From assembly GCA_964291295.2 (NCBI GenBank), contig OZ219754.1, forward strand, positions 2,528,001 through 2,592,000: DNA of 64,000 nucleotides, read 5' to 3'. The position numbers were made by a program, and so were the translations under genes. Source of the stretch: an uncultured Candidatus Binatia bacterium. Its GTDB lineage: Bacteria; Desulfobacterota; Binatia; UBA9968; JAJDTQ01. Each line of letters begins with the position of its first letter. Positions within the stretch are counted from its first letter, which is position 1. Below the pieces are notes generated by a model. It did no database searches. It worked only from the letters and a program-made list of their open reading frames with translations, and was not told where the DNA came from. Shown one piece after another: positions 44,496 through 55,299 of the stretch.

Positions 44496-45377
44496 TCATC
44501 CCTTGCGGAACAGGGCGTCCAGCTTCTCCTCGTAGTCATGATAGCCGAGGACGTCGTAGAGCTGTTCGCGGGTCTGCATCCGCTCCGTCAACCCGCTCTG
44601 GGTGCCGTCCTGGCGGATCGTCCGGTAGACATCCATGGCGGTCCGGCTCATGGCCCGAAAGGCCGACAGCGGATAGAGCACCAGGCCCACCCCGGCTTCC
44701 CGGAGTTGGTCCACGCCGAACAGCGGCGTGCGGCCGAACTCGGTCATGTTGGCCAGCACCGGCGCGTCCACGCGGCGGCAGAAGGCGCGGTAGTGTTCGA
44801 GCGTCGGCACGGCTTCCGGAAAGATCATGTCCGCCCCGGCCTCCCGGTAGCGCTGCACCCGTTCCAGCGCGGCCTCCAGGCCCTCGCTGGCCAAGGCATC
44901 GGTGCGGGCCATGATCACGAATCGGTGATCGGTGCGGCCGTCCACCGCCGCCTTGATGCGGTCCACCATCTCGCCGGTGGAGACCAGCTGCTTGTTGGGC
45001 CGGTGGCCGCAGCGCTTGGCCTGGACCTGGTCTTCCATGTGCACCGCCGCGGCCTCGCCGCGGATCATCTCGCGGATGGTGCGTGAGATGTTGAAGGCGG
45101 TGCCCCAGCCGGTGTCGATGTCCACCAGCAGCGGCAACGGGCTCGCCGCGGTGATCCGCCGCACGTCCTCCAGTACGTCGTTCAGGGTGGTGATGCCCAG
45201 GTCCGGCCGGGCGAAGGAAGCGTTGGCCACGCCCGCTCCGGAAAGGTACAGGGCGCGAAACCCCTGCCGCTGGGCCAGCAGCGCGCAATAGGCGTTGATG
45301 GCGCCGGCGATCTGGAGCGGTCGTTCCTCTCCCACGGCTCGCCGGAACCGGGCTCCTGCCGATCTCTCTTCGTCCAT
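44496..45377 (-). CDS. prpB: Methylisocitrate lyase
   Basis: YLSGAG, DIDTGWG, KRCGHRP, ARTDA, ANMTEFG. Confidence 0.93.
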   Translation of the reverse strand: MDEERSAGARFRRAVGEERPLQIAGAINAYCALLAQRQGFRALYLSGAGVANASFARPDLGITTLNDVLEDVRRITAASPLPLLVDIDTGWGTAFNISRTIREMIRGEAAAVHMEDQVQAKRCGHRPNKQLVSTGEMVDRIKAAVDGRTDHRFVIMARTDALASEGLEAALERVQRYREAGADMIFPEAVPTLEHYRAFCRRVDAPVLANMTEFGRTPLFGVDQLREAGVGLVLYPLSAFRAMSRTAMDVYRTIRQDGTQSGLTERMQTREQLYDVLGYHDYEEKLDALFRKG

Positions 45378-45525
45378 GTCGTGGTCAACCCCGCGCCACC
45401 AAGGCAACTATCCGATCACGGTGGCCCTGTCAATTCACTGCCGGCGCGCCTGGTTCAGGGGACACAGGGGAGGGGGGCAAGGGACGGGGAGGTGCCGGCC
45501 GGATCAGAAACAGGACAGTGGAGGG

Positions 45526-46167
45526 TCAGAAGTAGGACAGGTCGAGGGCGCCGAGGCGGTTCAGGTGGGTGATGTCGCCCCAGGTTTCCAGTCCCCAGAC
45601 GCCGTCCTGAAAGCTGAAGAGGTTGACGCTGGCGTTCTTGAAGGAGAAGCGCCGGGGTGCGTCCAGCGGGATGGCGAGAGTGTGGCGGAACAGCGCGCTC
45701 AGGACGCCGCCGTGGGCCACCACCATGATGACTTCCCCGGTGTGCCGCCGGGCCAGCTCTTCCAGGCACTGGAGGTTGCGTTCGGTCTGCTGCTGGAAGC
45801 TCTCTCCCGAGGGCACGGCGTGGTCGGCCCCGCCCTTGCGATGTTGCTCGTACTCCACGGGGTAGCGCGCGCGGATCTCGTCGCCGTCAAGCCCCTGGAA
45901 GATGCCGAGGTTGCGCTCGCGCAGGCGCTCGTCGGCGATGACCGGGTGGCCGGTCTTCGCCGCAATGATGCGGGCGGTGTCGAGTGCGCGCCCGAGGTCG
46001 CTGCTGTAGATGGCGGTGCAGCTGTCCGGCCGGAAGCGCTCGGAAAGGGCTTCGGCCTGGGCACGCCCCTTCTCCGTGAGCCCGCTGTCCAGGTGGCCCT
46101 GGCGGCGGCCTTCGATGTTCCAAAGGGTCTCGCCGTGCCGCACCATGATCACGAAGGTCGCCTCCAT
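45526..46167 (-). CDS. Histidine phosphatase (phosphoglycerate mutase family)
   Basis: RHGETLWN, SSDLGRA, LRE, VAHGG. Confidence 0.9.
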   Translation of the reverse strand: MEATFVIMVRHGETLWNIEGRRQGHLDSGLTEKGRAQAEALSERFRPDSCTAIYSSDLGRALDTARIIAAKTGHPVIADERLRERNLGIFQGLDGDEIRARYPVEYEQHRKGGADHAVPSGESFQQQTERNLQCLEELARRHTGEVIMVVAHGGVLSALFRHTLAIPLDAPRRFSFKNASVNLFSFQDGVWGLETWGDITHLNRLGALDLSYF

Positions 46168-46279
46168 GCCGATGATCCTAGCCAATGGACCTTGAAATTT
46201 CTAACCGGATGGGGGATAGGCCACCAGGGAGTATCAACCCGCATCAACCGGATATCGACCATCCCGAAGGAGGAGAGAC

Positions 46280-46714
46280 ATGGAAGCCCAAGTGTTCACC
46301 GTCAGGACGCCCCGCATCACCGGCGGTCGCAGCCACATGCCGCTGGTGCGCACCGATGTCCTCATGAGCGGTCTCAACTACTACGCTCCCGGCAGGAAGA
46401 ACAAGCTTCACACGCATCCCGGCGAGGATCACATGTTCGTCGTGCTGGACGGCGAGGCCACGTTCTTCGACAGGGACGAGAAGCCCACGGTGCTCAGGAA
46501 GGGTGACGGGATTCTGCTGCCGGAAGGCCATTACTACCAGTTCGAGAACAGCGGCGATACGCCGCTGGCGCTGCTGCGCTTCGCCGCCTACAAGTCCGAC
46601 CGCAAGGAGATTCGGCGCGTCGAGGTCTCCGGCGGCACCCGCACCGAGGACGAGATGGACTACGTGTGCGTCGATGGCGACCCGGTCGAAGGGCAGGAGT
46701 GGACGCTGGCCTGA
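46280..46714 (+). CDS. Cupin domain protein
   Basis: LHTHPGEDHMFVVLDGEA...GDGILLP..HYY. Confidence 0.8.
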   Translation: MEAQVFTVRTPRITGGRSHMPLVRTDVLMSGLNYYAPGRKNKLHTHPGEDHMFVVLDGEATFFDRDEKPTVLRKGDGILLPEGHYYQFENSGDTPLALLRFAAYKSDRKEIRRVEVSGGTRTEDEMDYVCVDGDPVEGQEWTLA

Positions 46715-46861
46715 TCGGGTCGTCCGGTCGGGGCGCGTCGCGTCGAGGTTCCCCGAAGGGGGCGGTTCGGCAAGATGCAGGGTCCGAAATGAATGGACTT
46801 GGTGGACGGGCTTGGTGCCGACGCCGGCCGGTACGAATCCAGCAGGATCCGCAGGATCGGG

Positions 46862-46937
46862 TGGTGAGCCGTGCCGGGATCGAACCGGCGACCCTCTGCT
46901 TAAAAGGCAGATGCTCTACCTGCTGAGCTAACGGCTC
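46862..46937 (-). tRNA. tRNA-Lys(TTT)
   Basis: GAGCCGTTAGCTCAGCAGGTAGAGCATCTGCCTTTTAAGCAGAGGGTCGCCGGTTCGATCCCGGCACGGCTCACCA; cloverleaf, 76 nt, encoded CCA. Confidence 0.97.
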
Positions 46938-47203
46938 GCGCGCGGGAAGGCGGGAACGGCGACGGCGTAACAGCGAGGCTGGAACCGCGCCGCGGGACCA
47001 GCCGCTGAATCCAGCCACGTGGTTCATGCAATCTACCAGAGGGGCGCGCCGGCGGGCAAGCCGGATGCGCCGGGCGTCTACTCGTCGCATCGTCCCCGAT
47101 GCGTCAGGGAGGTTCCTTGCCGTCCGGGCCTCGCACCTGCACCGCGCAGGTGTCCCGTGTTGGCAAGCGGCCGGTGTTCGCGAGACCGAGAGGAGGGCTG
47201 CCG

Positions 47204-48292
47204 ATGCTGTTGATCACCGATGCCGACGTGAAGCAGGTGCTTCGGGTGGAGGATATCATCGACGACATGGAGCGGGCCTTTGCCGAAGAGGCGAGGGGCA
47301 TCGCCGTCAACCGGCCCCGGACCCGGTACAAGGTGCCCCCGGACCGGGACGCCGATGGCTACATGGCCAATATCATCCCGGGCGCGGTGCCGAGTTCCGG
47401 GGTGGCGGCGCTCCGCTACGACTCCATCGTCGTGCGCGAGCGGGTCGTGGACGGCCTCAAGCGCATGGACTACCCGTACCCCGCCCGCCGGAGCTGGGGC
47501 TTCGTACTGCTGTTCAGCCTTGAGGACGCTCAACCGCTGGCCCTCATCCACGACTTCAGCCTCTCCTCGATCCGGGTCGGCGCCACCACCGGCGTGGCCA
47601 CCCGCGCGCTGTCCCGGCCGGACAGCCGGGTGGTGGGGCTGTTCGGCTCGGGCAACGAAGCCGAGCAGAACCTGGCCGCCATCTGCGCGGTGCGGGACGT
47701 GCGGGAGGTGCGCGTGTACAGCGTGACCCGGGAGCACCGGGAACGGTTCGCCATGGAGATGACCGGCAAGCTGGACGTCCGGGTGCGTGCGGTGGACAAT
47801 GCCCGGGCAGTGGTTGAGGGCGCGGACATCGTCATGTGCGCCACCAACGCCAGCACGCCGGTATTCCAGGGCGAATGGCTGGAACCCGGCCAGTTCGTCA
47901 CCACCATCGTCAACAGCGACGGGGTCCACCGGCGCACCGAGGCGGACGCCGCCACCTTCCTTCGGGCCGACCTGATCGTGCTCAACAACCGGGAGACCGC
48001 CCTCACCAACCAGCAGCGGGAGATGCTCGATCTCATCGACGAAGGGAAGATCGGCTGGGACGGTATCTGCGAACTGGGCCAGGTGCTGATCGGCGAGAAC
48101 CCCGGACGCAGGAACAGCGACGACATCATCTACTACAAGAGCAACACCGGCGTCGGCATCCAGTTCGCCGCCGCCGGCGCGGTGATCCACGAAGAGTGCA
48201 AAAAGAGAGGACTCGGCCGCGAACTGCCCACCGAGTGGTTCGGCGCCGACCTGAGCGAATGGCTGGACAAGGGCTACTCGCCATCCCCGTAG
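47204..48292 (+). CDS. Ornithine cyclodeaminase/mu-crystallin family protein
   Basis: RVGATTGVA, GSGNEA, ADIVMCATN, GVGIQFAA. Confidence 0.85.
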   Translation: MLLITDADVKQVLRVEDIIDDMERAFAEEARGIAVNRPRTRYKVPPDRDADGYMANIIPGAVPSSGVAALRYDSIVVRERVVDGLKRMDYPYPARRSWGFVLLFSLEDAQPLALIHDFSLSSIRVGATTGVATRALSRPDSRVVGLFGSGNEAEQNLAAICAVRDVREVRVYSVTREHRERFAMEMTGKLDVRVRAVDNARAVVEGADIVMCATNASTPVFQGEWLEPGQFVTTIVNSDGVHRRTEADAATFLRADLIVLNNRETALTNQQREMLDLIDEGKIGWDGICELGQVLIGENPGRRNSDDIIYYKSNTGVGIQFAAAGAVIHEECKKRGLGRELPTEWFGADLSEWLDKGYSPSP

Positions 48293-48354
48293 GGCGGGGC
48301 TGTAGCGCTTGGCCAGCGAACGGGCCGCGGCTGCGGGAGGTGGGGGGAGTTTGT

Positions 48355-48590
48355 CATGTGATCGTCGATTCCAGCACTTGGTGCGGCGCTGGTTACGTGG
48401 AGGTGGGTTCGAATCTGGGCACTGTGGTGTCCACGGTCTCGGGCGAGGGCTCGACACGGCTCTTTCAGTCGCCCACGACCCGCGGCTTTCCCTCCGCGTC
48501 GAGAACGATTGAATTGGAAATTCCGGTCAACGCCGCCTCGCCCGTCTCCTCTGCCCGTGATGTGTAGAACGGAAATCCGCGACCAAGCCG
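48355..48590 (-). pseudogene. Remnant of the C-terminal PD-(D/E)XK nuclease domain of an AddA/UvrD-like protein
   Basis: LTGISNSIVLDAEGKPRVVGD*KSRVEPSPETVD, then a shifted frame HSAQIRTHL; resembles a D..I...VVDWKS...Y.AQ...YL pattern. Confidence 0.45.
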
Positions 48591-48639
48591 TTCCGGATCG
48601 TGGCGATTTCGAGGAGCTACCCTGCCCGAATGACGCGTC

Positions 48640-51600
48640 CTATTGGAGGGCGAGTATCTCCCGCGCTCGGACGCGATCGAGTTGAGCGTGTGCAAATTGA
48701 TTGCGGTAGCTCCGGAGGCACCCGTAGCAACTGGAGTCGCAGCCGCAATTGCCCTGGACGCGCTCTCTTGCAGCACGAATGACTTTCTCGAAGACCTCCG
48801 GCTGTTCAAGCTGCGCCACCAGCCCGGCACCACCTGGCACATTGTCGTAAAGTACAATCGCCGACTCTCCGGGCTGGTCGCCGCCGGTTATGGTGACGTT
48901 CAGATCGGTATCCGGCACTTCCAGCGTGTCCGCCGCGCCCTGCAGGATCGCGTAAGCGACCGAATACGCCTCCCACTCGCCATCGACCCTCGGAAACTGA
49001 AGGCGTACGACGTCGGTGGCCAGTTCGTGGCCGAGAGAGAATCGCTCCAGGGTTCCGTAGCAGTCCGAGTTCGAGGGCGACTTGTGGCTGGCCTGCGGCT
49101 CCACCATGTGTGCGCCGCAGGAACGGCAGATGTAAAAGCCTTTCCTGTTTCGGCCCTCACACAGGATAATGAGTACTCCGGGAACCGCCCTCGTCACCTG
49201 TATTACGTCCAGCATGGTCCTGCTCTCGGGTTGTGCGTCAGCGTCGAAACCGCGGAAGAAGGGTCGCGTCGTGTACAGGCGCTGCGCGCGCCCACCCGGC
49301 TCGGAGGGTTTCTTGAACGGAGCCACAAAGCCGAACTCGGGAATGAGGTATTTCGGTTCGTCCGATGGTGCGTCGGTGGCGCCCTCGTTCCATTGACTGA
49401 AGTTACGTGCATCGTCATATTGATAATGACGTACGGGCCATGCCTTGCCCGCGACCACCTTGACGCCGCAGGATTCCCATTCGAGCTTGTTGGCAATCAC
49501 CTTGCTACCGGGAGCGTACTCTGCGATCGCTTGCGACAGATCTCGCTGGAGCGAGACGCCGGTCGATTGGCCATCAGTGGGGCGGATATCGAGTTCAACG
49601 ACATCCACCGGAAATCCGTATTTCGGAATGACGGCCTTTCGGGAGAGGAAGTTGAGCGTCCGTTCCTCCGCGATGGTCTTAATGCGCCTGCCAATGCGCT
49701 CGACCATACGATCTTTGCCTTGCTTGAAGTATTCCCGGCGTAGAGTCTCCATCGCAATAAAGTCCGCGCTCACTTCCTGCTCTGCGAGAGCAAGGCGGCT
49801 GTCTTTGCCAGCGATCTTCACAACCCAGGCATCGTCGCCGAGACCGACCCGCTCGTGCATGTTCTCCGGGGCGATGCAGCGTATCGTTTCTTTCAACTGG
49901 TTGTTGCTTTCGCAAAAGCTGAACAGATCGGTTGTCGCCTTAGGCGCGTGCCAGTCGCCGACAAAGGTATCGACCTTCTGGAATCTGCCCCGGTCTCTCT
50001 TGAAGAATTCGGACAAGGCGACGGCAGCCATATGGCGCAGAACGATCTTTTCGTTCGTCATATGCAGGCGCGGAGGATGAATGGCACCGGCTATTATTCG
50101 GTCGACGGGATTTTCGTAGTGATATAGGTCGTGAGGATTGCGGCGGCAATAAGTCAACACTAAGCCAGGCGTTTCTCGCCGGCCGGCGCGCCCGGCGCGC
50201 TGAGCGTAGTTGAATGCTTCCGGAGGGACATTGCGGAGAAATACCAAATCCAGATCGCCAAGGTCTACGCCGACCTCGAACGTGGTGGAGGAACTCAGAA
50301 GGTGGATGCCGCCGTGCTTGAAGCGCTCTTGCCTCCGGCGCGCTTCCTCGGCATCGATCTGCGCTGTATGTTCTTCGGCACGCAGTTCCGGCGGCAGCAA
50401 GGGGCTTTTATAGAGCATTCCATAGTGATTGTCGGCGAGGCGTTGTTGCTGGACTGGTGCGAGGGTACCGGGGCAGCGGTATCTCGGGCAAACGCCTCGA
50501 ACGTTGTGGCTGCTTACGGTTGCACAGGTGTCACATTCCCATAAGTCGACGAAATTGGCAGGCTTGATGCGAAGCCAACAGGAACTGAGCCGGAACGTGC
50601 CGTTTCCCTTTGCAGGCACCAGCAGGGGGTCGCGGTTACGTTCGCGCACTGCTCGCCATACCTCTTTCATCAGTTCTATCGACGCCGACTGTTTGCAGTC
50701 CCCGGACAGGTCGCTGTCCACGAGTAATCGGCGAAGGAAATGCGTCACGATGGCGGATTGCGGGCCACCCCATTGTCGGATACCGCGCCGCCCGCCCGGC
50801 GGCGCAATGCTGAATGCCTCCTGGCGCCGAGGAGAGATATCGTTCCATGCTGGCGTTCCGGCACCTTCGGGCAGATTGATGGCGCGGCTCGGGCGCATTT
50901 CATCCAGCAGGTAGCCGACCAGAACGCGTGCCTCGATTTCGGTGAGGTTCCATGGCGGTCGCCGAACCGCGTCCGGCAAACGCAAGTCCCGGGGCAATGC
51001 GACGAACCATCTGACCAGCCCGACGCCGGCAAGGGACAGCCTCTTCTCCTCGGTCATCGCCTCGCGCAGGATGGGAGTGAGCACTCGGCGGATTCGCTGC
51101 TCCCGAGTGTCCGCTTCACCGAACAGCCCGGCCGCGTCCCACTCCCGGAGCAAACGGTTTCGGAGGTCGTCGATCGACAGTCCTTCCTCGGCTACTGGTT
51201 CGGACATGGCCCTGAGAATGAGATTCCGGTCGCGCAGCTTCCCGTAAGAATCCTCGGCGTACCAAGCGAAGAAAGCGGCCTCCTGTCGGCTGTCGGCGAA
51301 AGTAAGGATCTTGCGTCGACCTTTTGGCAAGCGTTCGTGAAGGGCGGTCGCGATTACGGCATTCGGTCCGTCCGATCCATGCACGATTTCCTGAACGGGG
51401 TCGCGGACCCCGTTGTGCCCGTAGTCGCAGGCTACGCACTGCTTCAGTTGGTCCGAATTCTGTTCGTGTGAATCGCACTTCTTCACGGGTATCGCTGCAC
51501 GGCAGCCGCAGCTAGGCGCCGACCTCGACAGAGTGCCGCAGCGTTTGCACAGCCATTGGTCTCCGTCCTCCGCCGGCAGGTAGTAGTCGACACCGAATCC

Positions 51601-52845
51601 CGTTTGGCTTGGATCGCGGACGGCTTCCTTTAGCTTTCCCCCATGCTCACGACCGACGTAGTAGTGTTGGCCACATTCGCGACAGAGTGCGATTTCAAGC
51701 GGTTCGCCAGCGGCGCCCTCTCCGCCCTCGCGCTTGCGATTGAGCACCACGGTATCGGCACCGTCTCGATGTACGAGGAAGGCGCCTTCGAGCGCGCGGA
51801 GAAAGGCGTGGTAGCGCCGGGGACGTCCGTCGCTATCGGTTTGAGATTTCCCAAGTATTATGGAAGACGGTGAGAAGCATTCTCCGAAAAGTTCTCCAGC
51901 AAACTCGGCCACCTCTTTCTTGTCTTCGCCGCCCTGGCTGGAGGTAATGGTCGCGCTGGTGGCGATGCATCGGAACGAACCGAGTCTTCCCCCGTCACGT
52001 AGGCGCTGCTTGAGGCGTCGGATCAGCATCCCCATCTCCATGCCCTTGGCGCCGCGATACTGATGCGCCTCATCGAGGACGATGAACTGCCAATGCGTAC
52101 CTTTTCCGGCGTCGAACAGGGGGCTGTCGTCGGGACGGATCAGCAGGTACTCCAGCATTGAGTAGTTGGTCAACAGGATGTGTGGGGGTGACTCCCGCAT
52201 CTCGTCGCGAAAGACGAACTCCCCGGGCAAGCGGTCCTCAGCGCGCGCGGCGGCGTTTCGCCATCCGTCCCTGGCGTTTTCCGGCGTCTGGCCGATGTAC
52301 TGCCCGAATGTCGGCTCGAAATCGGACCCTGCGGCCCGCAAATTACCGCAGATTTCGCCTAGCCGCTCGCGCTGGTCGTTTGCCAGCGCGTTCATGGGGT
52401 ACAAGATCATCGCCCGCACGCCCGGCTTTTCGATCTCTCCGGCGAGATGCTGGCGATAGAGTTCAAACAGGATCGGGTAGAGGAAGCTCTCGGTCTTGCC
52501 GCTGGCGGTGCCGGTTGCAACGACGACGTTGAGTTCATCGATATGCGTGGCGCGGATGGCGCGTTCCTGATGCGTGTACAGCGGGCGATCAAGCAGTGCG
52601 GGCAACAGCCCCTCGGCTCCATCCGGGAAACATTCGGCGGCCAGCATGTGTGCATGCAGTCCTCTCGCGAACTCGCGCTGGGGTTCGGGAAAGGGCCCCT
52701 TCAGAAGGCTTCCTTCCTCACCCAGGGCTTTCTGGAAGGAGTCCCGCAAGAGAGGTTCCTTGAAGAAGAACGAAGTCTTCAGGTAATTCTCGTAGCTCTG
52801 CCGTATTCTCTCGGGCCAATCCTGTATGTCGATATCAGGCATCAA
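48640..52845 (-). CDS. Large SF2 DEAD/DEAH helicase with C-terminal DUF1998 Zn domain (DruE-like)
   Basis: [68 protein letters not shown]; C-terminal YDNVPGGAG...CxCxxxCxxC; several internal CxxC pairs. Confidence 0.9.
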   Translation of the reverse strand: MMPDIDIQDWPERIRQSYENYLKTSFFFKEPLLRDSFQKALGEEGSLLKGPFPEPQREFARGLHAHMLAAECFPDGAEGLLPALLDRPLYTHQERAIRATHIDELNVVVATGTASGKTESFLYPILFELYRQHLAGEIEKPGVRAMILYPMNALANDQRERLGEICGNLRAAGSDFEPTFGQYIGQTPENARDGWRNAAARAEDRLPGEFVFRDEMRESPPHILLTNYSMLEYLLIRPDDSPLFDAGKGTHWQFIVLDEAHQYRGAKGMEMGMLIRRLKQRLRDGGRLGSFRCIATSATITSSQGGEDKKEVAEFAGELFGECFSPSSIILGKSQTDSDGRPRRYHAFLRALEGAFLVHRDGADTVVLNRKREGGEGAAGEPLEIALCRECGQHYYVGREHGGKLKEAVRDPSQTGFGVDYYLPAEDGDQWLCKRCGTLSRSAPSCGCRAAIPVKKCDSHEQNSDQLKQCVACDYGHNGVRDPVQEIVHGSDGPNAVIATALHERLPKGRRKILTFADSRQEAAFFAWYAEDSYGKLRDRNLILRAMSEPVAEEGLSIDDLRNRLLREWDAAGLFGEADTREQRIRRVLTPILREAMTEEKRLSLAGVGLVRWFVALPRDLRLPDAVRRPPWNLTEIEARVLVGYLLDEMRPSRAINLPEGAGTPAWNDISPRRQEAFSIAPPGGRRGIRQWGGPQSAIVTHFLRRLLVDSDLSGDCKQSASIELMKEVWRAVRERNRDPLLVPAKGNGTFRLSSCWLRIKPANFVDLWECDTCATVSSHNVRGVCPRYRCPGTLAPVQQQRLADNHYGMLYKSPLLPPELRAEEHTAQIDAEEARRRQERFKHGGIHLLSSSTTFEVGVDLGDLDLVFLRNVPPEAFNYAQRAGRAGRRETPGLVLTYCRRNPHDLYHYENPVDRIIAGAIHPPRLHMTNEKIVLRHMAAVALSEFFKRDRGRFQKVDTFVGDWHAPKATTDLFSFCESNNQLKETIRCIAPENMHERVGLGDDAWVVKIAGKDSRLALAEQEVSADFIAMETLRREYFKQGKDRMVERIGRRIKTIAEERTLNFLSRKAVIPKYGFPVDVVELDIRPTDGQSTGVSLQRDLSQAIAEYAPGSKVIANKLEWESCGVKVVAGKAWPVRHYQYDDARNFSQWNEGATDAPSDEPKYLIPEFGFVAPFKKPSEPGGRAQRLYTTRPFFRGFDADAQPESRTMLDVIQVTRAVPGVLIILCEGRNRKGFYICRSCGAHMVEPQASHKSPSNSDCYGTLERFSLGHELATDVVRLQFPRVDGEWEAYSVAYAILQGAADTLEVPDTDLNVTITGGDQPGESAIVLYDNVPGGAGLVAQLEQPEVFEKVIRAARERVQGNCGCDSSCYGCLRSYRNQFAHAQLDRVRAREILALQ

Positions 52846-55159
52846 GCATGCTCCTGATTAAATCCACGTTGGTCTGATGCGAGGTTCGCCGGCGCCTGTC
52901 AATGGGGATGGAACGTTCCACTGCTTCCGTCAATGTCAAGCCGGCCGCCTCGAACTCGCCGGGGCTGAACCCCTTTCCGATTCGCCATCCACTTACGGGA
53001 GATATGACGTGAGGCCGCGACTGATTGACGGGCCTGGGTGGCGAATTGACGGTAACCGTTACGCTCCTGATGATGTCCTCCAAGCCGGCAACGGATACGG
53101 TGAGCGTGTACCGGGTGGTGCGGGCGGGGCGGACGGTGCAGATGCCGTCGGTTTCGACCGCACCTATATCAGGTTCAAGGGCCACACCGGCGTTGCCCGT
53201 GTTCCGGGTTGCCCATTTCAGGGTCGTTTCCTCACCGTCGAAAAGTGTCGCCGATTCCGACTCGAACAAAACGATCTCAGGCAAAGGATCCGCGACAACG
53301 ACGATGAGCGATACGACTTCCCCGGCCCATTCCACGTTGAAATGGGCTTCGGCATTCAGTCTCTGGTCGATCTGGGCGTGGTCGACGAAGTGATCCAAGG
53401 GGATTGCGATGCGGTCTTCCTGGATCTTTCGGCTGTATGGCAGAACCTGTTGGTCGTCGAACCCTGCGTGAACCGATGAGCACCGTTTCGACAGGATCGA
53501 CAGCGTCATCCCGGCGTAGGCATGGTTCCTGAATTCCTCTCGCGTCATGATGAGCGGCGTGTCGTGCCAGTCGCCAGGATCGGTCTCGCCCTTTTCCAGT
53601 CGCCACCAGATTCGGGGAAGTTCGAGGACAATGCTCACGTCAGGCGCACCGGATCCGAGGCTGCACGATACCCGGTCCGCGCCTGGATGCGCCGGGACGC
53701 TGATGGCACCAGAAGGCAGCGCTGTCTGACAGGCCTCGACCGGGAGGATGGCGGGAAGTATCGAACCGTCCACACCAACAAGTCGTAGCACGGTGATCGG
53801 GTATCCCGTCGGCGGCGGTACGAGCAGCGTGTCTTGAGTGTACTCGACCCCGTTGACCTCGACCCGTCCCAGGTCGCCGACATACCGGAATGCCAGGCTG
53901 TCGAGCATGCTCATTTCCCGATCGTAGACCCGGAGAAAAAAGCGACCCTCCTTGCCGTTCAGAACTGTCGAAAGCGCCTTCTGCTTGGGGCAAAAGTTCT
54001 GTCCCCAGCCGACTTTAGTCTCCTCACCGACCCGTGCCCATGCAATGTCCGGTGAACGTTCGAGAACGGGCGGATGGCCAGCAAATAGCATTCCGTCATC
54101 GGAGTCATCGTAGATGTACTGTCCGGTCAGTTTGATACTGGAGGGTGTCAAGGGACCAGCCCACTCGCAGAAGCCATCGACAAACTCGGCTGCAGTGTCT
54201 GCGTCCCGGTAGAAGTAGTGCGCCCGGAAGTCCGGATCGTCACAGCCGTCAGATTCAACCGGCGCGTTGCCCGTTCGCTGCCACGTTCTCGGCGCGATGA
54301 CGATGAAGTGTCCGCTGGTGATTCCGGACATTCGGCGCCCACTGCCAGCCCAGTTTTTTTGCACCTTGAAAATGAGTGGGACGCCTTCAAACAGCGCAAC
54401 GTCGTGTTCCTTCTTGTCCCGAGAGGAAACTGTCACGCGACCCTTCAGCGACGGGATGCGGCATTGCCCGTCGGCAAAATCCAGAGACTCGTCATTGAGA
54501 CGTACCGCCGCGACCTCACATTCCTTGTCGGCATACAGGATGACCTCCCACCTCGCAGATTCGGGAGCCTTTCGGCAGAGCAGTTCCAGGCGGGAAGGCG
54601 GAGGGCGTCGCGGTTCCGGTTCCGGGTTGCCCGGACGTCCGTTTCGTTTACCACCTATTTCCCGCGGTTCCTTGGCCCCCTCATTGCCCTTGGCAATGCC
54701 GTCCGATTCGTTGCTTTCCTGTTCCACAGGGGGCTTGGGTTGATGGTGTTGGTCATCCTCAGTCGTCTGTGATGTGTCCGTGGACGACTCGTCGGGCTCG
54801 CCTTCTACGGGATTCGTAGAAGGCAGATCTTCGGCTCCGACGATCAGCGGAAGAGGAAGTTTGTGTTTGTGCGGGTCGGGACCGGATGCCGGTTCGACAG
54901 GATCAGCCCCCGGTTCGGGATGTCGAGGTTCATCGTCGAGCGGCCCATCCTCTGGTTGATTACCAGGGGGTTCTTCGGGTTCGTCCGAGGCTTTGGGATG
55001 AGCCTCGTCCCCCTGTGGCCGATCCTGTGTCGAGATCGGCAAGGGTTCGGACGTTGGACGCGAGGTGGTCGGGCTGGCAGGTGATGCGAGAGTCCTTACG
55101 AAAGACCATCGAGATTTCACCCATGCCAACAGGCCCTCGAATAACGATGTCATACCCAT
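52835..55159 (-). CDS. Uncharacterised multidomain protein: disordered N-terminus, beta-rich core, Ig-like domain, C-terminal eL13 (L13e)-like domain
   Basis: Long ORF overlapping the helicase start; C-terminus [40 protein letters not shown]; start placed at the first Met outside IS630. Confidence 0.75.
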   Translation of the reverse strand: MGMTSLFEGLLAWVKSRWSFVRTLASPASPTTSRPTSEPLPISTQDRPQGDEAHPKASDEPEEPPGNQPEDGPLDDEPRHPEPGADPVEPASGPDPHKHKLPLPLIVGAEDLPSTNPVEGEPDESSTDTSQTTEDDQHHQPKPPVEQESNESDGIAKGNEGAKEPREIGGKRNGRPGNPEPEPRRPPPSRLELLCRKAPESARWEVILYADKECEVAAVRLNDESLDFADGQCRIPSLKGRVTVSSRDKKEHDVALFEGVPLIFKVQKNWAGSGRRMSGITSGHFIVIAPRTWQRTGNAPVESDGCDDPDFRAHYFYRDADTAAEFVDGFCEWAGPLTPSSIKLTGQYIYDDSDDGMLFAGHPPVLERSPDIAWARVGEETKVGWGQNFCPKQKALSTVLNGKEGRFFLRVYDREMSMLDSLAFRYVGDLGRVEVNGVEYTQDTLLVPPPTGYPITVLRLVGVDGSILPAILPVEACQTALPSGAISVPAHPGADRVSCSLGSGAPDVSIVLELPRIWWRLEKGETDPGDWHDTPLIMTREEFRNHAYAGMTLSILSKRCSSVHAGFDDQQVLPYSRKIQEDRIAIPLDHFVDHAQIDQRLNAEAHFNVEWAGEVVSLIVVVADPLPEIVLFESESATLFDGEETTLKWATRNTGNAGVALEPDIGAVETDGICTVRPARTTRYTLTVSVAGLEDIIRSVTVTVNSPPRPVNQSRPHVISPVSGWRIGKGFSPGEFEAAGLTLTEAVERSIPIDRRRRTSHQTNVDLIRSMLDA

Positions 55160-55299
55160 CAACGGGTTAGTTTTCCATAGAAGGCATGAATTTGCAACGC
55201 GAAATTCCCACAACTGACGTTCTCCGAACTTGTAGACGGGAACCGGAGATGCGGCGAAGATCGTTCTACGACGCCGGATTGCATCTCTCCGGTGACTTA

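Noticed and set aside
46862-46937. tRNA-Lys as the integration site of the helicase island
   Set aside because: No integrase and no duplicated tRNA 3' end were seen; the tRNA 3' end points away from the island and a metabolic gene intervenes.
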